A stretch of 64,000 bases of DNA from contig JAGBMJ010000006.1 in the NCBI GenBank assembly GCA_017634975.1, positions 3,901 through 67,900 of the forward strand, read 5' to 3'. The stretch's first letter is position 1, and the number at the start of each line of letters is the position of its first letter. The notes beneath the pieces are model-generated. The model saw only the letters and a program-made list of their open reading frames with translations. It had not been told where the DNA came from and ran no database searches. The position numbers and the translations under genes are program-made. The stretch comes from Lachnospiraceae bacterium (GTDB lineage: Bacteria; Bacillota; Clostridia; Lachnospirales; Lachnospiraceae). This document shows, piece by piece, positions 59,711 through 64,000 of this stretch.

Positions 59711-60155
59711 CCCCTTTCAAGTAATGATGTGCAAGCATAAGGAACTCGATAGGGTCCTTTACAACCCGTCTCTTACCTTCATTTATCACTTTGACCGAAA
59801 AGGATGTTCCGAAATCCATCGCATGATGCAGCGTAACTTTTATATCACGCGCTTCCGCCAGTTGAAGCAGGTATTTCGCGCAGTTATCTCCGCAATTCGA
59901 AATATTGAAGGTCTTGTTAGGCATATTTCTGATCAGCAGCAATGTTTTAACGCCGGCCGACAACTCTGTAGACGAAAACGTTCCAAAGATATCGTTTTGT
60001 ATCATATCCGGCGCAACTACTTGCGAATCATCGATCTCCCGGATCACTTCACGGGCAAAATCATCTATCACCCAGTTTCTGTCATACTGGTTCTCGTAGA
60101 ACATTTCCGTATTATAAATCTCATCCGGAAGACTTCCAAAATAGATCCGTAACAT
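59691..60155 (-). CDS. DUF4869 family protein
   Basis: LSAGVKTLLLI...FNISNCGDNCA. Confidence 0.85.
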   Translation of the reverse strand: MLRIYFGSLPDEIYNTEMFYENQYDRNWVIDDFAREVIREIDDSQVVAPDMIQNDIFGTFSSTELSAGVKTLLLIRNMPNKTFNISNCGDNCAKYLLQLAEARDIKVTLHHAMDFGTSFSVKVINEGKRRVVKDPIEFLMLAHHYLKGDDGSER

Positions 60156-60196
60156 AAGAACTCCTTTTTGGCGAAAACATATTAAGTGTTCCTCTT

Positions 60197-60688
60197 TTAT
60201 TTCTTCCTGTTATATCTCACAAACCGGTATTCCAAGTCAAAATAGGTCTCTTCTTCTCCCTCAGCAGTCATCTCCCACGCCGGATCCCCATCCAGATTCG
60301 GAAAGAAAGCATCCGCCTGATATTCGTGATCGATCTGCGTAACGTGTGCCGTATCACAGTAAGGCAGCATCTGCTGGTAGATACTCTCTCCGCCAATGAT
60401 ATAAACATCTTCGGAAGGGTATTTTTTCAGTTCCGCCAACAGTTCTTCAACCGAATTTACCACAGTTGCACCTTTCACCTGATAGTTTGTATCATGCGTC
60501 AGAATAATGTTTGTGCGGTTCGGCAATGGCTGCTTCTGCGGGAAGGTATCCAGCGTCTTGCGCCCCAGCACCACGACTTTGCCGGTCGTCTCCTGCCGGA
60601 ACATTTTCTGATCCTTCGGGATGCTGACCAAGAGCTCGCCGCGATTGCCGATGCCCCAGTTTTTATCAACTGCTACGATGATATTCAT
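60197..60688 (-). CDS. folA: Dihydrofolate reductase
   Basis: IVAVDKNWGIG, LGRKT, PLPNRTN, IIGG, DAFFP. Confidence 0.95.
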   Translation of the reverse strand: MNIIVAVDKNWGIGNRGELLVSIPKDQKMFRQETTGKVVVLGRKTLDTFPQKQPLPNRTNIILTHDTNYQVKGATVVNSVEELLAELKKYPSEDVYIIGGESIYQQMLPYCDTAHVTQIDHEYQADAFFPNLDGDPAWEMTAEGEEETYFDLEYRFVRYNRKK

Positions 60689-60713
60689 GTCGTTATCTCC
60701 TATGTGTCCCGGC

Positions 60714-60783
60714 GAGCCACGGGGACGGTTCTTGTGGCAACAAGATCGAAGATCTTTAGCCATAAGAACCGTCCCCATGGCTC
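60714..60783. repeat. REP-like inverted repeat between thyA and folA
   Basis: 25-bp arms gagccacggggacggttcttgtggc / gccataagaaccgtccccatggctc (2 mismatches) with inner aagatc-gaa-gatctt. Confidence 0.75.
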
Positions 60784-60795
60784 ACCGGCCGTATC

Positions 60796-61644
60796 TCAGA
60801 TTGCTACCGGGATATCTCCGATTTCCGGGCCGTACTGATAGTCGATCACCTTCACGTCATCGCGGGTGAACTGATAGAAGTCGTGAATATCCGGATTGAT
60901 CCAGAATTTCGGTGCCGGGAACGGCTCTCTGGTGATCAGTTCCTTTACCAGCTCCACGTGGCGGTCATAGATGTGTGCATCTGCGATCACATGTACCAGC
61001 TCGCCCACCTGCATATCACAGACCTGCGCCAGCATATGCACCAGCACGGCATACTGCACCACATTCCAGTTGTTCGCCATCAGCACATCCTGGGAACGCT
61101 GGTTTAAGATCGCATTCAGCGTCAGTTTATCTTCCCCTTTTCGCTGTGTCACGTTAAATGTCATACTGTACGCGCAGGGATACAGGTTCATCTCATGCAG
61201 ATCCTGATGCACGTAGATATTCGTCATAATACGCCGGCTGAAGGGATTGTTCTTCAGATCGTAGATCACGCGATCCACCTGATCCATCATTCCTTCCTTG
61301 TATTGATGCTTCACGCCCATCTGGTAGCCGTAAGCCTTTCCGATGGTGCCGTCTTCGCCGGCCCACTCATCCCAGATGTGGCTGTGCAGCCAGTGTACAT
61401 CGTTGGACTTCTGCTGCCAGATCCACAGCATCTCTTCCGTTGCTGACTTTAATGCTGTTCGGCGCAGGGTAAAGATCGGAAACTCCTTCCGCAGGTCATA
61501 GCGGTTCACCACGCCGAATTTTTTGATGGTATAGGCGCTGGTGCCATCTGCCCAGTGCGGACGGACCTTTTCCCCCTCCGTACTGGTACCGTTTTCCAGA
61601 ATATCCTTGCACATATCGATAAAGATACGGTCTGCCATGCTCAT
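60796..61644 (-). CDS. thyA: Thymidylate synthase
   Basis: IWDEWA, YG.Q, SRR, LYPCA, NQRSQD, DAHIY. Confidence 0.96.
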   Translation of the reverse strand: MSMADRIFIDMCKDILENGTSTEGEKVRPHWADGTSAYTIKKFGVVNRYDLRKEFPIFTLRRTALKSATEEMLWIWQQKSNDVHWLHSHIWDEWAGEDGTIGKAYGYQMGVKHQYKEGMMDQVDRVIYDLKNNPFSRRIMTNIYVHQDLHEMNLYPCAYSMTFNVTQRKGEDKLTLNAILNQRSQDVLMANNWNVVQYAVLVHMLAQVCDMQVGELVHVIADAHIYDRHVELVKELITREPFPAPKFWINPDIHDFYQFTRDDVKVIDYQYGPEIGDIPVAI

Positions 61645-61699
61645 GATAATTTACCTCCAAATATACATACACCTCATCCGGCCTGCTCCGGTCAATCCA

Positions 61700-61765
61700 G
61701 AGCATGCGTCCCCGAACGCATTGACTCGGTCCGTGCTAAACGTGTGCCACTGGCACACAGTGCCC
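61700..61765. repeat. Short palindromic element upstream of thyA
   Basis: atgcgt-cccga-acgcat and gtgtgcca-c-tggcacac. Confidence 0.45.
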
Positions 61766-61818
61766 TCTAGGGTAAGGCAGGAATAGCCGAATTTTCGCAT
61801 TCTATTCTCAAATCAAGG

Positions 61819-63171
61819 CTACCCAATATGAAGCACTCTCGTCGCAATGGCAAAGTAGATCAGCAGCGACAGCGCATCTACAATAGTCGTGATGAACGGA
61901 CTAGCCATGACCGCCGGGTCAAAGCCCAGGCGTTTTGCCAGCATCGGCAGGGTACACCCCACCATCTTGGCGATCAGCACCGCCATCATCAGTGTCATAC
62001 ATACAACGATCGCTACCCATACCCCAACCTGGTCAAAGAGCAGCAGCTTTACAAAATTAGCCGCCGCCAGCGACAGGCCGCACAGCAGCGCCACCCGCAT
62101 CTCCTTCCATACCACCGCCAGCACATCCTTAAAATTGATCTCACCAAGGGAAAGACCACGGATCACGGTCACGGACGCCTGTCCGCCGGCATTACCACCG
62201 GTATCCATCAGCATCGGGATATACGCCACCAGGATCGGTAGCGAGCCCAGCGCATCTTCAAAGCCCGAAATGATGCTGCCCGTAAAAGTTGCCGAGATCA
62301 TGAGGAGCAACAGCCACGGCATACGCTTACGCCAGATCTCGAACACACCGGTACGCATATACGGCTTATCGGACGGCACGATCGCGGCCATCTTTTCCAT
62401 ATCCTCGGTGGCCTCTTCTTCCATAATGTCGACAACGTCGTCGACAGTGATAATGCCGACCAGCCGCTCTTCGTTATCCACGACCGGCATGGAAGTAAAG
62501 TCGTATTTCTGGAACGTCCGTGCCACCTCTTCCTGGTCCATCAGGGTATGGATCGACACGACATTCTCGTGCATGATCTCGCCGATGATCTCGTCATCTT
62601 TCGAAAGCAGCAGATAGCGCAATGCCACGGTGCCTTTCAGCTTGCGCGTACTGTCACAGACATAACAGATATTGATAGTCTCGGAATCGATGCCCATGGT
62701 CCGGATGCGGTCGATCGCCTGTTTGACAGTGATATCTTCCTTCAGATCCACATACTCGACCGTCATCACCGATCCGGCGGAATCCTCCGGATAGCGCAGC
62801 AGGTGATTGATATCACGTCTGGTTTCCGGGCTCGCATTCGCCAGCAGCTTTTTGACGATATTGGCCGGCATCTCTTCCAAAAGGTCCGTCGCATCATCGG
62901 CCATCAGGTTATCGATGATGTTCGCCGCATCCTTTTCGGAAAGGGATGTGATGATGGACGACTGGTTCTCGATCTCCAGGTAGGAAAATACGTCCGCCGC
63001 CATAGACTTCGGCAGGATGCGGAAGATCTTGAGCATCTCCTCCCCGTCCATCTGTTCCAAAAAAGAAGCAATATCCGCGTCATTCATATCCGCCAGTTCC
63101 TGACGGAGACGCGTATACTGCTTGGTCTCGATCAATTCCCGCAGTCCTTCAAATTCTTCCAATGTTTCCAT
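61819..63171 (-). CDS. mgtE: Magnesium transporter MgtE
   Basis: MgtE N-domain, CBS pair (YPEDSAG), RMPWL, GGNAG.Q, DPAVMASPFITTIVD. Confidence 0.96.
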   Translation of the reverse strand: METLEEFEGLRELIETKQYTRLRQELADMNDADIASFLEQMDGEEMLKIFRILPKSMAADVFSYLEIENQSSIITSLSEKDAANIIDNLMADDATDLLEEMPANIVKKLLANASPETRRDINHLLRYPEDSAGSVMTVEYVDLKEDITVKQAIDRIRTMGIDSETINICYVCDSTRKLKGTVALRYLLLSKDDEIIGEIMHENVVSIHTLMDQEEVARTFQKYDFTSMPVVDNEERLVGIITVDDVVDIMEEEATEDMEKMAAIVPSDKPYMRTGVFEIWRKRMPWLLLLMISATFTGSIISGFEDALGSLPILVAYIPMLMDTGGNAGGQASVTVIRGLSLGEINFKDVLAVVWKEMRVALLCGLSLAAANFVKLLLFDQVGVWVAIVVCMTLMMAVLIAKMVGCTLPMLAKRLGFDPAVMASPFITTIVDALSLLIYFAIATRVLHIG

Positions 63172-63469
63172 TGTAATGCGCATTCCTTTCCCACTGCCCG
63201 ATCTGTGAGAAAAAAACGCTTATCCCGGAACTCAGGAATGCATTCTTTCTATATTTACAGGCAGTGATCGTATTTTGAACTTCCTATCCGCCGGATGATC
63301 ATCTGCATCCGGCTTAAGATTCTGACTATGACTGTCCGATGCACCTCGTTCCACGGTCACCACCTCCGATCTTCATTAATTATTTAGGCTATTGAAATCA
63401 GGAATTTCTTCCTTTCGTCTCCGGGGAATAACTGCAGCCCGTGAAGAAAAACCAACCCATATAATTATA

Positions 63470-64000
63470 TCATTCCTTGTCAAGAAAAACACATCCGCCC
63501 ATCTTCTCCGCCAGTACCCGTCCGGCCGTCAGTTCTGTGACTTCCTTTATAAAATCATCCGCCTTTTCCGATGCCACGATCAGTTCCATCGTAACATCGG
63601 CTCCGTAGTCAGAACTTTCCGGCGACAGCGCATTCGTTTTCAGGTAATTCAGCACGCGATCCACATCGCCGTATTCCAGCCCCAACATCAGCCGCTCGCC
63701 ATCCCGTTCCACAGCCGACACACTGTTTGCGATCCCTTCCTTGACCGCCTGCGTATAGGCCCGCACCAGACCGCCGGTCCCCAGAAGCGTTCCGCCGAAG
63801 TACCTGGTCACCACCACAGCGGCATTGTGAAGATCCGCCCCGGTCAGCACCTCCAGCATCGGCCGCCCCGCCGTTCCCGACGGCTCCCCGTCATCCGAGC
63901 ACCGTGTGATCTCATTATTCCGTCCGATCACATATGCGCTGCAGTTGTGCCTTGCATCCCAGTAGCGCTTTTTCATCTCTTCTATAAAAGAAGAGGCTTC
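63470..64000 (-). CDS. yigZ: YigZ/IMPACT family protein (5' end outside the window)
   Basis: DARHNCSAY, SDDGEPSGTAG, TRYFGGTLLGTGGLVRAY. Confidence 0.93.
   Translation of the reverse strand, partial: EASSFIEEMKKRYWDARHNCSAYVIGRNNEITRCSDDGEPSGTAGRPMLEVLTGADLHNAAVVVTRYFGGTLLGTGGLVRAYTQAVKEGIANSVSAVERDGERLMLGLEYGDVDRVLNYLKTNALSPESSDYGADVTMELIVASEKADDFIKEVTELTAGRVLAEKMGGCVFLDKE

Noticed and set aside
63190-63460. M-box (ykoK) riboswitch upstream of mgtE
   Set aside because: Expected by context, but I could not identify the consensus elements.

Overview
64-kb chromosomal segment of a Clostridia-class Firmicute; gene content and order suggest Lachnospiraceae. Housekeeping flanks: hemW-lepA, rpsT, csp, hisA and dapB-dapA with a lysine riboswitch on the left; typA, ilvE, folA-thyA, mgtE and yigZ on the right. 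Between them lies a ~41-kb, almost entirely minus-strand, mosaic cell-surface glycan locus (13.3-54.8 kb). It contains a Wzy-like/priming phosphoglycosyltransferase fusion, GT2s, Wzx, a non-canonical pseudaminic-acid-type cluster, a glycyl-radical enzyme with its activase, several GT-C-like membrane proteins, and an unusual cassette of aldolase, phosphoribulokinase-like fusion, HAD and nucleotidyltransferases. Interleaved are selfish or defence-like genes: three AAA-ATPase/PD-(D/E)XK genes (two apparently inserted into gene 3' ends with the displaced end left downstream), an interrupted Rpn gene, a decayed DUF3990/DUF3791 module and an IS66 relic. The best candidate for an undescribed system is a repeated two-gene module (two intact copies, one broken copy, one fragment): a DUF4869 protein carrying an ABC-signature-like LSGG motif, followed by a minimal Walker A/B ATPase fused to a TOPRIM-like domain. 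An unannotated type I toxin-antitoxin-like locus sits between lepA and rpsT. No rRNA, tRNA or CRISPR array was seen. Family names come from motif recognition by eye, not from database searches.
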